Origin: the human T2T-CHM13v2.0 reference genome, Homo sapiens
Assembly (NCBI RefSeq): GCF_009914755.1
Contig: NC_060925.1
Reading direction: 5' to 3' (one strand)
DNA length: 64,000 bases
Below, piece by piece: positions 25,551 through 40,100 of this stretch (within the stretch, counting starts at the first letter, position 1; each line of letters opens with the position of its first letter). The translations under genes were made by a program, and so were the position numbers. The notes beneath the pieces were generated by a model that did no database searches, was not told the origin of the DNA, and worked only from the letters and a program-made list of their open reading frames with translations.

Positions 25551-26565
25551 AAGTCTAGAAGTGTATCAGTGCCATTTAATTATGCAGGTGATTAATATTA
25601 ATATTTTGATCACATTTTTTCCATTGTTAAATTTATAATAAAAATATCAATAATTACTTTTAAAGGCATTGGTTCCACTAAGCAGTTATACACAGTTAAA
25701 TCACTTTCAAAAATGGATTTTTGAAAGTCGGAGCTTATTCAATTGTTAGCTGGCCATGCATTATTTAAATGTATGAGCAGGTGAATGTTTCCACCAAGTT
25801 AATGTAATGAAGAAACCTTGAGACCATTAGTACTTTTGACACCAAGTTTATGGAATCCTGGACCATATCTGAAATAATAAGTGTGAATATCAGGCACATG
25901 CTTTCTTGAATAAGAAAGAATACTTTGTAGCACAGGAAAAGTCTTACGCTGAAAATACTTTATAACCAAAATAGAATGGTATCTTTTTGAGTGGGTTGTC
26001 CCAGAAATCTGAGAAAAAGTAGTTGCTGATCATCTTTGGAGCCAAAATGATGAACATGACATCTTTGAATTGGTGAACTTAGGGTCAAAGAAGCACTGTT
26101 CAGAGACTATGTAACAACAATATAAATAAACTAAAACTCATCAGAGGACAGCCACCAGGAAGATGACAACTCTGATGGAATACTTTAGCCTCATGATGGG
26201 AACTATAGGTGGCACGGGAGAATTGTCTACAATATTGGTCTTCAGATATTTGAAAAATTTACATGGAGAACAAAACTTGCTGGGAATAGCTACAGTGTTA
26301 GAACTTAGGGCAAGCGGAGAGAACTAGGACCATCAGGGGAAGATTTCTCATCTTTCCCATATAGCATTCAAAGATTGAATGAGCACTTGAGGAGGGAAAA
26401 GTCATTTTCTTATTAATAAAGCTCTCCAGACAGGGACTGCCAGATACTCAGTAGGAAGGCTGTTAAAGGGCATCAGGAATTCATGTTTCATGTGGGGATT
26501 TAACTAATTTTAAGATTATTTACAACCTTCAGAGTCTCATGATTCTGAGTTAGATCAAAATATTG

Positions 26566-26800
26566 AATCACGAAGTCAGGAGTTTGAGACCAGCCTGGCC
26601 AATATGGTGAAACCCCATCTCTACTAATAATAAAAAAATTAGCCGGGCATGGTGGCACGCGCCTGTAGTCCCAGCTACTTAGGAAGCTGAGGCAGAAGAA
26701 TTGCTTGAACCCGGGAGACAGAGGTGCAGTGAGCCAAGATCTTGCCACTGCACTCTAGCCTGAGCGACAGAGCAAGACTCCATCTCAAAAAAGGAAAATA
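26566..26800 (+). mobile_element. 5'-truncated AluS
   Basis: atcacgaagtcaggagtttgagaccagcctggcc...gactccatctcaaaa. Confidence 0.9.
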
Positions 26801-28069
26801 AGAAAATACCACATTGGCTGCATACATAGTTAGACATGCATATACAAAGAAATTCAAGCCAGTTAATCCATGTGGAACGGCAGTTAATAAAGATTCCTAT
26901 AAGAGGCATTTTAAAAGTCTGATCTCAAGACTTGGGCAGTGTATCAGGTTTATAGATGGAGTCAACAAATACTACCTCTTAAGCAGAAAAGACATTAGTT
27001 GAAAGGATATTAGGTATCTCATATTACCACTGAAAAGATTGCAAAACCAAGCTTGGAAAACAATCAGGCACAAAGTAAGTCAGGCAGCAGTGAGGACTGT
27101 AGCCAGAATCATAGCGGAAAAGCACAATGGTGAGGATACACTGCCGAGGACCTTACCAGCTCAGAGCACTGCTTCTGTTCTTGAAAACTTGATGTTGCTG
27201 CTGTTGTGACCCTAGGCCTCCCACAGAATAGATTCTTCATGGCTTCCACTTCTTTGTGATGTTAGCCCCGGTTCAAAGTCCGAGTCTGAGCAACTGATTG
27301 GCATAGCTAATGAATGCCCACATTGTGGCTATAGGAGAGCTGAGAACACAAGAATCTGGTGTCAGTAGTTTCTCTAGTAGAAAGTGAGCTCTACTACCCA
27401 CCAAGACTCATAAGGTAGGGAATTCCCTCGACATGGGAACGTGCTGGGCAGTCCCTGGGTGGCGGATATTCACTGAGCAGGCACTTCAGGGTGTCTTCCA
27501 TAGGACGGTAATAGGTGTCACCACAAAAAACATTAAATGTTTCTTTTGATCATATTTTTGCTGCAGGATTCTTCAGAGCCTTTAACATATGAATATGCAT
27601 TGTGCTTCTCCAAGGAGAGATGGTATGCAATATTCATCAAATGTGTTTGAGCAAGACACCTTTTTTTATAGAGTGACTCTTGTGTTCTGTGAAGCATACC
27701 CTAAGAACACTGGATTAGGGAAGCGTTAAAAAATAGAGGTCATCCACAGAGGACTGAAAAAAACATAACCAAATATAATAAGAGATGAGACCATTTAGTA
27801 AGGTGGGTCAGAATGGAGAGTGCCTGGAAGTCTGCCAGTCAAATTCATGTTTGATTCATTGGATAGTGACTAGGGTGAGACTTGAGCTTGAAAGTGCTAG
27901 TTAGCCTGAACTGGTACCTTCAAAGGAGGCTCTGATTGTAGCATATAAAAGGCTTAGGAGAGGACAGCCAAGAAACAAAACCCCATGGAAAGGTTGAATC
28001 AGTTATGATTTAGAGGTAGGAGTATAGATTTAAAACAAGAGACAAAGACTCTCATACCTGAAAGGAACA

Positions 28070-28445
28070 CTGAGTCCGCAGACTGCAGCCTGGGGGTCAA
28101 GTCTACCCACTGCCTGTTTTTATACAGCCTAGGCTAGGAAAGGATTTTACATTTTTAGATGGTTGGGGGAAGAAGATCAAAAGAATGTTTTGTGACCCGT
28201 AAAAATTATATGAAACTCAAATTTCAATTTCTACAAATAGATTCCATCATTTTTATTAGTGGGCCTGTATTACAACAAAATTATATTCAATTGTTATATT
28301 TTGAATTTCATTACTTAAAAATATATGGAATATTTTTTCTATTATATAAGGACCTACATAATATTTTCACTTTTGCCTCTTGGCCCAGAAAGCCTAAAAT
28401 ACTTATTCTTCTGGTCCTTTGGAGAAAAACTTTACCAGCCCCTAC
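28070..28445. mobile_element. MER58-type hAT-Charlie element
   Basis: ccactgcctgtttttatacagcc ... aagcctaaaatactta...ctggtcctttggagaaaaacttt. Confidence 0.65.
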
Positions 28446-30114
28446 TCTAGTCCACTGCCCTTATTTTACTGAGGCTCAGAGCAATTCACCTGAGGTCTGA
28501 AGTTTCCTGGCAAGGGGGCTAGGATGGAACCCAAACATTCTGATTTCTACTCTACTATTCTTCTACTGTGTCTCCTATGCATCAATCCAAGTGATTCCAC
28601 ATGGGGTACAGTGGTATATGTGGGTGGACATGGAAGGTGGGAGAAATGGAGGCAAGATCCATCCCTATCACAGTGCCAAAGAGTAATTGGATTATGGTGG
28701 CATTGATTGTAATGGAGAGAAGCACAAGGCATGGGAAAGGATTGAGCTAGGTTTGCTGAAATCTTAGACCAGTCCAATTTACACCTAGGTCTTCTTACTT
28801 CCACATTTGTGCTTTTTTTTTTTTTTTCTTATATTAGTTTGAAGACTTCTAGCCAGAAGGTGAATAATGTAGAAATTCCTTCTGAAGATCATCTATGTGA
28901 CACTGGGTTTTGTTATTTTTGGCATCACTACTTAGAAACAGAAATATTCAGCTGTGTTTCTTGAAATGATTGGACTTTAGGGTTTGGTAAGCATTTCCTG
29001 AGATGGCATGTGTCAGTGGCCAGAAAAAAAAAAAAAAAAAGGAAATCTGGTATTGAGAAGGATTCTAAAGTAAGATCTCAGCCTCTGGGAAAAAGCCAGG
29101 GGTATTTAATTAACAATGTCAGCCATAGATGTAAAAGAAAACCATCCTGTTCTCGGGGACTTCAATTCATTTTGCTGAAGACATTTGGTTGTCAGAGAAT
29201 TCTAGGATGTAGAGAGATAATATAGCCATTAGTTTTTGTTGTTGTCATCTATTTTGTAGTTTATCATATAGCTTATGTATGTGTGTATTATATGTTGTAG
29301 TTTATTCCATAAAACTATTTTATTGTTGAAGTATGTCATCCCCATAGTAGTCTGTAAGCTTTCCCATTGGTTTTTTTAGAAGAAATCAGTGATCCACTAA
29401 GGTAATTTTTGGCTCTCTGGCTCATGTGTCATACAGTCTAAGAAAGGGCATGCTAAATAAATTAGTTTTAAATAATTGTTTTCTAACATTTTTTATAGAA
29501 TTTGTTGACCCAGGCAAAATTGGAGTTCTTGTAAGCTTCAAGGCAAACTATTTTTAAAGCTGTAAGTAGATTTTTCAGGATAAAATTGCTGAATTGAAGG
29601 AAAGTCTTGAGTCTTTAACAAAACTCCCCAGGCTCCTTTAGAAAAATTGAATGAGAGTAGGTGAGGTAAGATCCTGTGCCTTAGCTGGGCAGAGAGCTGG
29701 AGAGAAAGCCCCAGAGATGGACTCTCGCACATAGCCAGCGCAGCCCTTGACTCACTTTCACAGCAGCAATGCTAAGGGGCTGGCCCTGAGGCCCACTCCC
29801 ACTACCTTGGGAAATCCCTCTCTTCTAGTGGAGCCTAAGAAGTTCACTAAAATCACAGATGTAGAGATTTGGAAGGAGACTGGTGGGAATGTGGTAGTGC
29901 TGATAGCCAGACAAGAGAGTGAGGGCAGTGGCTTCAGGGTAATCACCCAGTAGGAAATCAGTCCAGTTAAACGAGGTACTTGCTGGGAATCTGAAGCTGA
30001 CTGAAGAAGGGAAATACGGAATGCCTAATGCAGCTCAGGTTAGGGCACTTTTCTTCATACCACTCATTACAGACAATTGTGTAATCGTTTCATGTTTCTC
30101 TCTTCCGTGAGACT

Positions 30115-30315
30115 TGTGCTTCTCAACTGGGAATGATTTTGCCTCCCAAGAGACATTTGTCTGGAAACATTTTTGGTTGTCACAACTGGGAAGGGGAGTG
30201 GCACTGGTAACTGGTGGGTAGAGGCTGAGGATGCTGCTAAACATCCTACACTGCACAGGACAGCCCCACAGCAAGAATTTTTCCACCCACAATGTCAACA
30301 GTGCTGAGGCTGAGA
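30115..30315 (+). mobile_element. MER20 hAT-Charlie element
   Basis: ttctcaactggg..gattttgcc..ttttggttgtcacaactggg..gatgctgctaaacatcctac..aatgtcaacagtgctgagg. Confidence 0.85.
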
Positions 30316-32026
30316 TGTCCATGGTGACCTGCATTAGGCTAAAGTTTTCAAAGGCAGTCTTTCTAACTCAGTACTTGATCCCAGCAGCTAGCTGGGAGCC
30401 TGGCACATTAGAAGGCACTCAGCACGTGCTCACTGAATATAAATGAGCCAAGCCTAATTTCTTTTTTAGCCAGTTTGCCTGAGTCATTTCATAGGCACCA
30501 ACAAGCACTCTTAATAATGCACACTGCAAAGGACTGATTTTTTCCTTCACTTGGACATCACTGATCCTACTTCTGAGCTGCAGGTATCTCTGTGCAGAAG
30601 GGGTTGCCTTAGAAAGAGGTTGCATTTCTTCTCATCTCTCTGCCTCATCTCCCAATGTAAGTCTGCATATGTAGGGTTTGCATCTGCTCTTGGGAAGGAA
30701 ATGAAAGTAAAGGGTAGATATTTTTCCCTTTGTTTATATCTAATATTTTGGTGTACAATGATGATCTATATGGAATGTTGTTCTTAGCAGTGACAATCAT
30801 TAGATTTATTTTTAAGGATATACAGCACTGAACGTGTGTTAGAGGGAGGGGTGATGTAGGAGAATGGAGTTTACAACATCATTAACATTTTTAATGGAAT
30901 TTGGTCATTTTTTAGTTTATATAAAAGCTATTTATCCTTTTGAGGAGAGACAGTTCTGGATGGCCCTAGAAACTTGTCTCCCAGCCGGTCTGCATTAGCC
31001 CGTCAGAGGATATAGGCCAAGTCCCTGAGTGCCCTTTTTATCCCTGTTTCTAACAAAGCCAGTTTTGGAACCAAGGAACCTACATTATTTCATAGTTTTT
31101 GTAGGTGGCCCCTGTCCCCAGCCAATATGTAGAGTATTATGGGGGGTAGGGAGCGGTGGTATGTGCAGTCTATCTATGCTGAGGCCAGACTTATCCCTCA
31201 GTGAAGTGATGAGTTGAAGGGATTGTGTATGTGCTCAACTTCTTCTCTGGAGGTCTTTCCTCAATAAACCCTATTTCTTCTATGTACTGTGGCGCCCTTA
31301 GAAATTGACATGCAACCTATCTACCATATAGGGCAGCAGTCAACGGGAGCAGCTTTAGGAGTTGACCTAATTTGCATAATATTTATTATATTTAAAAGTA
31401 TCTGTGTTATAAATTATTTAGTTGAAACCATGCCAGAGGGAAGGAACAAGAGTAAATATTCAGGTGTATGTGTATGTAGAGGGGAATGAAATGTGCATGT
31501 ATATATAATCATATTTTTTTGCTCTGCTTCTGTAGGCTTTTTTAAAAAAGAGAATAAGGTTTTCAGTCTGCTGTCAGATTCTTAGGATGTTTTTAAGGGT
31601 ATTATTCATTACATTACACAGTAAACTTTTTATGAAGACTCTTGAGGGTAATTTATTTCTGATCAAGGACTCAAGAGTAATTATGATTTTTCTTACTGGT
31701 TTGTTTTTATCTTAACGACAATGTGTGTATAACTACATTTTATTTAAGAATTGCTTGTTAGAGTGTTTAAAACCAAATTCGTTGCCCACCCATATACAGC
31801 AAGGATGTAGGTGTCCAGGGTAGCCACAGTCCTCACTCCTCATTGTACTCCTGTCTTCATTTTCCCTCTATCTTTTCATCTACTTCAAATTTATCATCAT
31901 TGTAGTCTGCATCACTTATAAACCTCCAGAAATGTTTTGTTTTTTTTTTTTTGGAAAAAAGGTAAATGTCTTATCATAAGCCACCAAAAACCTATTTTAC
32001 CAGCTTCTTTTTTCTTCCCTTTCCAG

Positions 32027-32649
<623 letters not shown>

Positions 32650-35600
32650 TGCTCCAGGGCTTTAAATGAGAAGTAAAATTTTCTAAGTTAATAAAGATGA
32701 AGAATGGGTGACTATTATGATGAACCATAACTAAATGTCTTATTAAAGCAACTGAGTGTCTAGCCCTAAATTAACCAGGTAAAAACTGTTAACACTAACC
32801 TGAAGTTTTGTGAATAACTGTTCTTTAACTTATTGAGATGTTGCAAGAAATGCACATCCAGGGTGGACTGGGAGCTATGAAATGACTAAATTCCTCCTTG
32901 CAGTGTTTACCTTCAAGATTGTATAGGTATTCTCTCCTCTTCTTCCCCCAGTCCCCATTACTTATTTGCACACTTGTTTTAACTGACTTCCTGTTTTGAT
33001 ATTTATCACCAAGACCATAAACTCATCAATATGAATTTTCTTGATGTATACTCACGACTGTCTTTGATTTATGTTCCTAAATTTTTTTAGATAGGGTATG
33101 TTGTGCTTGGCAGAATTCTTTTTTGGCTTAATTTTTACTTCCTTTCCCAGCTTGCTTGAGTCTTCCTTAACCTGGTTTTCTCTTAACACCAATGATGAAC
33201 CCTGAGAAAATGCCTGCATTTGGCCTTTGCCTAGAACAGGAGCTGAGTATTTAAGATGTATTATCCTCGGGTCATCCTGAAAATTAATGTATTCCCTAAA
33301 ATTTCTTCTTGTCTATCATCAAGGCCTTTTTTTATTTGTTAAGAATTTTTATATTAAATGTAAAACATATAAATATTTTCTATTGTATAATCTTGGATTC
33401 AACATCTGTGAGGATCATTTTTGTAAGATACATAGAATTTGTGCATTTCTTTATGAACTTACTGTTAGTGTTCTTGGTTTCGGCTGTTTATGACTCATGT
33501 TTATGTACATTCTGCTCCAAAATGTTTTTGTACTCTGCAACTAATTACTTTTGGATAACAAAAGCCTTGTGTTTAATGCCCTAAAGTATTTGGGGGTTTC
33601 CTTGTGAGAGGGTGGCCGAATCATCTACCTCTCTCTTCCATAGTTGCTGTGCAATCGTACGGGTAAAATTCTTAATTACTTACAAAAACTGTGATAGAGG
33701 GGAGAGGTACAGATTTGGTTTTTAAATTGATTTTAAAATACTTTATAGAAATTTAGTAAGAGTTAAAGCAAAAGACTTTTTTTCCCTCCATCTATGTAAT
33801 CTCTAGCTATGATTATAATGTAAAACAGCCTCTATTCAGTGTCTAAAATGAGTTCTCAAAACCCACAAAGAAATAGATCCATTTAACTGAAATTCATCTC
33901 ATGCCTTTATCTAACTCTTCTGGAAAATACATTTTGCTCCTTTTTATAAAGAGCTTTGTGCTTGGCCTTTTATTATGCATATTTTTAATGAATAAAATCA
34001 ACTGACTCATTTTTGGGAAATGTACATCTTTAATATGTTTTTCCCTAAGGGTCTAGGCATTATGATGCCACCTCTTCATTTTGGATATAACTATGAAGAA
34101 ATCTATTAACTGCACCTACACAAAACTGGAAAACACTATAGGTAAACAGTACTGTGTATATGGAATTGTGGTGCGTGGTATGTGTTTTCTCTTGCTTTGT
34201 TCCAGAAAGATGAAAGTGAGTCTTTAAAGCATAGCAAATAGAGCTTCCCCTCACCTGCCACACACTCCTGCACTAAAGTTCAAAGAAAAGAATTATTCAA
34301 ATCAAATGAAATTTGAATAATATTAGCTATCAGGAATATAGGACACCAAACACACTGCCTCACACATTATTGTTTATTCTGAACGGAAAGGAACAGTGTA
34401 AAAATAAACTACTTACCAAAACTTGCCTTTAGTCAGAACATTCAGCTCTCAGGGAAGCAGGTATAACTGATGAAACTTCTAGGACTTCAGAAAACAGATT
34501 CTAATTATATCCATGTTTTTTGTTGTTATTTTCATTTTTTAAAGTGTGAGTTGATGTTTATTTTAGTGTTTCACAATAGAATTATCATGTATACTGATTC
34601 CAGTGTGGCATGTGATTAAGTTTTGGACATGAATATGCCAAAAGTGCTTAAATGTTTTTGGCCACATAACTAGCTAGAATTTCAAAACAAAATTCAGATT
34701 TGCTACCATTTACCTGACGAACTTCTCCATGGCTCGTCACTGGTTTGGTTCAACTGCAGAAGTCATTGGCTAAATTTTCCTTATCACCTACGTAAATTTC
34801 TAGAAGAATTTACTAGCAGGATTAATAATGAATATTATAAACTGCTTTCCACACACTAGGGTATAATTATTGGTGCAATCTATGTTGTTCTTGATGCCAT
34901 GGTTTTACATCTTTTAATTTAAACCTTATACACCAGTGTTTAGGTCGCTTTTGAGACAAGGTAGCCCTGATGCAAGGAAAAATGAGGCTACTACTTCACA
35001 TAAAAAATAGGGTGTTAATACCACCTTTACTGTACTGTTGGAGCAGATCTTTATTTTACAAGTGTTCATATTCACATAAGAGAATTTTAAATGAAGAAAA
35101 TTAAGTTTGTTAAATTATAATTATGAGACTTTCGTTGGCATTTGATTTCAAGAATACATATGCATTTTCCAAAAAATAAATGTGGAGGTTATTCAGAACA
35201 AAATTCATAGCTTACGGTAGTAATGGCATGGATTAATTTTATTTGCATGCACACACAGACACACATACTTCATATATGCAAATTATAGCATTAGTTTTTG
35301 ATATATCTAGTGGTTTTTTTTTCAAAATTGCAGGAGGTTGTAGATTAAATTAAGTATGATAGCACGTTTTTTAATTCATTAATCATGAAGTGCTCTGTTC
35401 CCTAAGTTATGACATTTAGAAGAAATCACATGCTCAACCTTAATCTGAGAACCTAAGTGTTTTTGAGCATTCCAGTAAAGGAGTAGTGTTCTTTTCCTAA
35501 CTTACATCAGGGTACATCTGTGTGGCACACAGATACTATCTTTTCATTCTTCACTCCCAGTCTTAATTTCTTTCCCCTGTATGTCACTGTATTTTATGTC

Positions 35601-37063
35601 ACTTCACATTGTGTTAAACAGGGTAAATAGAGATCCTCAGTATCTCAGTGCTGTGGCATAGCTCCAATAGGTGTGCTGTGGTGCACTGCAGTGATGTATT
35701 TGCATAACATTGTTTGATAGTGAAAAATTTTTTTTCGGTTCAAGTGTTTTGTGATTAAAATTTTATGTTTAATTAAAATATTGCATAATATTGATGGGTT
35801 CAAAAACCATTAAAATAATCAAACAATTATTCTGTGCCCTTAACATTATTTTCTTGTGTTTTCAATAAAATTTTCTTTTCATCTTTCCATCTTCACATTC
35901 TCTTAGCATCATCCTATGCACATAAGGTATGTTGTTTTCCTTCTCCACTCACCTACCGCACTAAATTTGATCAGCAATTGTACAGTAACAGAATATATTT
36001 GTGCCAGAAGATTTGCAATGATATTTGAGCATGTATTTATTTAGGAGGAAGCCAGTGCCTGTAATTATGTCTCATTGAGTAGTTTTACTTTGCCCATCCT
36101 GCAGTATTTAGAGCTGATCTGTACCCAAAGCAGGACAATGTAACTGTAGATCTGCTTTGTTTTCAGTAACTGTACATTGCATCAGAATCTGTTTATTTCT
36201 ATCTGGAAACAGACAGAATGGTGGGGGAGGGAAGGAGTTATTTTGCATCCTAGTTTGTATTATGAAGTCATCATATATATATTTGAAATAGTATAAGCTA
36301 ATTACTGTTGCAGAATGCCCTCGATATAATTATTTCTTTTCAGCTGGATGTGAAAAGCTGAAGCAGTGAAAACCTGCAGTCTTATTTCACTGGTTTCCTT
36401 CTGTTTCTTGTCCATCACTTCTGTATCCACAGGGAGCTATCTACTACATACCTTTGGTAACAGGCTACATTCTCTTCAGATTTTTTATATGAATAATTTC
36501 ATCAGCACTAAAGCATTAACATAGAATAATGAGCCAAAGTACTGAGTCGAGATGGCTTTCAGTTGAGTTTAATTTCATATTTAACTTTTGCATTTAACTT
36601 GTATAATACACTACTGCTGAGAAAAACAATTATGAATGCCTTCTGCATGTTGTACATTATCTCTAACAGAGATGGTGCAATTTTAAGAATACAAAGGGGT
36701 ATAGAGTTAGAATGGATGTGTTCGTGCATATATATGTTGTATTTAAATATTAATGTTTACAAGAAGATTTTTTTTAAATTCTTCAAATACTTCACTTAGT
36801 GAAATAATGGGCCAATCTGGAATAGAGACATTTTATTTGGTTAGTGCAAGAGTGAAAGCTAGCATTTGTTAACCTTGACATATTTATCTGTGTACAATTG
36901 TTTTTGCTTCTGGTAATGAATTATTAGAAAATGGAAGATTTTGTTCAATGTTTTTGGCCCTCAGGTTTACTGTGTAAATCTGCATTTTTGGTGGTAAATC
37001 CCTTTGCCACAGATTCAGTAGCTTTTGGTAAACTTCACTGTTTTTAAAGTACCTTTTGTGTAA

Positions 37064-37100
37064 AATAAAGATCCAATTTTTATAACAAATGGCAAATAAA
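37064..37100 (+). terminator. Tandem distal polyadenylation signals of LRRC8B
   Basis: AATAAA at 37064-37069 and 37095-37100, with upstream TGTA motifs and U-rich tracts. Confidence 0.65.
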
Positions 37101-40100
37101 AACAGTAAATGCTGGAAGAAGTTGACTGTACTAATTTTAACCAAGTTCCAAAAGTGATTCCCTCTCTCTTCTCATGCTTCCTTGTACTGTCGTACTGTTA
37201 TTCACCAAATAATAGATTTCAGATTTACATGTGAATCTTACAACAATGGTATGAGTTTTCAAAATATGCTACCATGGCCACAAAATAACAAGCACCTGAA
37301 AAGAGCTGCATGGATCCTAGAATACATGGGTTGCGGGGGGTAGTAGATCTCTCATGAGTGGGCCCGTCTTTCCTTGGAATTCATCAGGGACAGATGTTCA
37401 TAGAACGCCTCATCTCTCTCCTTTCTTCTTGGTGCCTGTTTCTCCATTTCCTGTTTAACACTGAATTGTGAACCAGGTAAGCAAAAGCTAAAGAACTGCA
37501 AGACAGGCAATTCTGAGATGGTTTAGTCAAAGGTGAAAAAATGGAATTACTGGATAAAATAAGTACATGATAGTTTGAACTTTTCGATAGAAAACAGCCT
37601 CTCTCGGTCTCTTACATGCACACACACACACAGTTTCAGGACCACATTAGAAGGCTGATAGCCAGAATTTTGCTGGAATATATATAGACTGAATCAGATT
37701 ATGAAGGAAAGTAACTTAGTTGTTCCCTGGCCATATTCTCTGAAAATGCAGTAAGTCATTCAAGAAAGGCTTCCCCCATCTCTAAGTGGTTCAGGAATGG
37801 GAAGTCTATTGAAATGAAGTGAGTGCCTGCCTCCAGGCATTAGCAGCCTTTCAGGGACTGCTAGGTGCTTTGAGATGCTGAAGTTATATGCTAACAGTCT
37901 GCCCAGCAGTGACATGGCCCCCTAAACACAGCAATAACTGTGGCTTCATGTACTTCAGCATTCACTTCCACATTTCAAAATGGCTTTTTGAAAAAGTGGT
38001 AAAGGGCTCAACTGGAAGGGAGAGACTCCGGTGCTGTTGAGGGCAAGGTTCCATTCTCTGGAGCGGCAACTTTTGTTATGGTTTGTTTCCTTCTCTGTTC
38101 CCACCTGGTGTTTTGTCACCCTCATTCCTGAGGTCTAGGGAAAAGCAGTTTATCCAAAATGCACAAAGCCAGACCTCAAACTCAAGTCCCATATTTACAT
38201 AAGATCCTACATCGACATGCTAAAGAAGGATCAGAAAAGGCCACTTTAATATGCGTAGTCTTTTTAAAATGCAAATCTCTTTCTTTATCCCATGTTATCT
38301 CATCTTCCCCTAGACTCGAGTTATGTCTTTCTGCCTCCTAAATAGCAGAGATTCTATAGAGCTGCCTGTTAGCTCTTGAGATTTTCAAATTATTTCCTTA
38401 TGATAAATACCTTCCATTTTGGAGCCCTTTGTATTCCTATAGGGCTCAATCCACATCATTTTTTTTACTCTCTACCTCCCTCTGCTGCTGAGAGGAGAAA
38501 ATGTCAAATAGAAGCATGCCACCAACACCCATCTGTAGGTTAATATAACTCCAGATTCTTTCTTTTGGAAAAAAAGATTCATGCCTATCTTACTTACCTG
38601 CAAAGCCATCACAGATTCTCTCTGCTTTCCTTTAACACCAAACCTTCTGGTCAGCCCTATTTCCTCACTGAGTATTCACTTTTCAACCCACTTCTGTCCA
38701 GCTCTCCACATGTCCCAGTTTCTGCCCCTCCTGGTAATTTCTCTTACACAGATTACCAATCGCTTATTTGCCAAGAGCAGTGACTTCTCAGTCCTAGCCT
38801 CTGTAGGTAGAGTAGAAATGCTTTTTTAGGTTTATCAACATTTGTAAATCTTGGCCAACCTTCTTCCTCATGGAGCGTGGGCCTCACAATTGCAGGTGTA
38901 AAAGATTTACAAAGTTATGAATCAGCACTGACCCTGCAATTACTGTTTTGGAGCCTAGCCTCTCCTTCCTGATATGGTCCTTAAACCACAGCATCCAGTT
39001 TCTTGCTCCTATACTCAGTTTCTCCTTGCCTTCCCTTGCCTTTATCAAATGCAGCCCCCACGGTAAGATCTTGAGGATTCATTGGCCCTCACTTAATATC
39101 AGTAACTGTACCTCAAATGAGATGCACATAGCCCCATGCAGTTCCTGGCACCAAGATCAGACCATACCGTGTGGGCACCCTGGGCAGGTAAGTGTGTGGT
39201 ACCCCTTTAAAAGAACATGCTTAGAATGTTTATTCAACATGTTTTTGGTAGAAATGGGAAAACTGGCGTTCTGTTGGAAAAAACAATCATGAACATTTTA
39301 ACTATCTTTGTATTCCTTTTTCCAAAACTAAAACTCTATCTAGCAAGAATGAGAAAGAGTTTAAAGATAATTTAGCAGAAAGACAAGTGGGCCTAGGGGC
39401 TGTAGGGAATATGAGGTTTTACAGCTCACGGCATTTCTGTCGAATATCCCCAATCGACAATCAGTCTCCCGGGCCTTGTGAGCAGGCCTGTCAGCTGCTA
39501 AGTCTCCCTTCTTGTTCCCTTTCAAAGCATCCTACTCTCTTTGTCCCGCACCCTTATCCCTCCCAGATCTCACTCCCTCCAACCACTTTTGTGGGCTCTT
39601 GCTCTCTTTCGCTTGCTCTAGGATTGTGCTGCTCGGCATTGCCCCAACCACCATACTCCAAGCTTACGTATCCTCACCTATTACTAACTCCCATCTTCAA
39701 GAATATGAAATACCTATTATTCCAAGGATGATGCTTTAGCTTGTTCTCACCAAAATACATGTCTCCCAGTTATCAAGATTCTCTGTTTCTAGAAGGTAGT
39801 TTCTTGCCACAGTTTCAAATTTAAAATAAGAGACTTATTCCTTATGTTGAATGGGAAAAGGGCCAAGTTTCATTTGTTAGGCTGCTAACATAAGGAATTA
39901 CATGTGGAAACCTGAGTTAACTGGCACCAAATTTCCAATTACTCCAATGACATGTAGTTACTCCTTGTAAATTAATACCCCAGGCACCTGTTTAAGTGCA
40001 CTTACCCTTAGTTCAGCACAGCCTAGCATGTGAGTACCTTGGATATGGCCATGACTATTTTCTTCTCAACAGGAATGAACGAGTTACCATTGTGGTGTGA

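Noticed and set aside
20262-26800. Alu-driven circular RNA from the large coding exon
   Set aside because: All four flanking Alu pieces are on the + strand, so there is no inverted pair across the exon.
31937-32026. N-terminal 30 codons of the 120-aa ORF
   Set aside because: Non-ATG start inside a poly-T and polypyrimidine tract; intronic.
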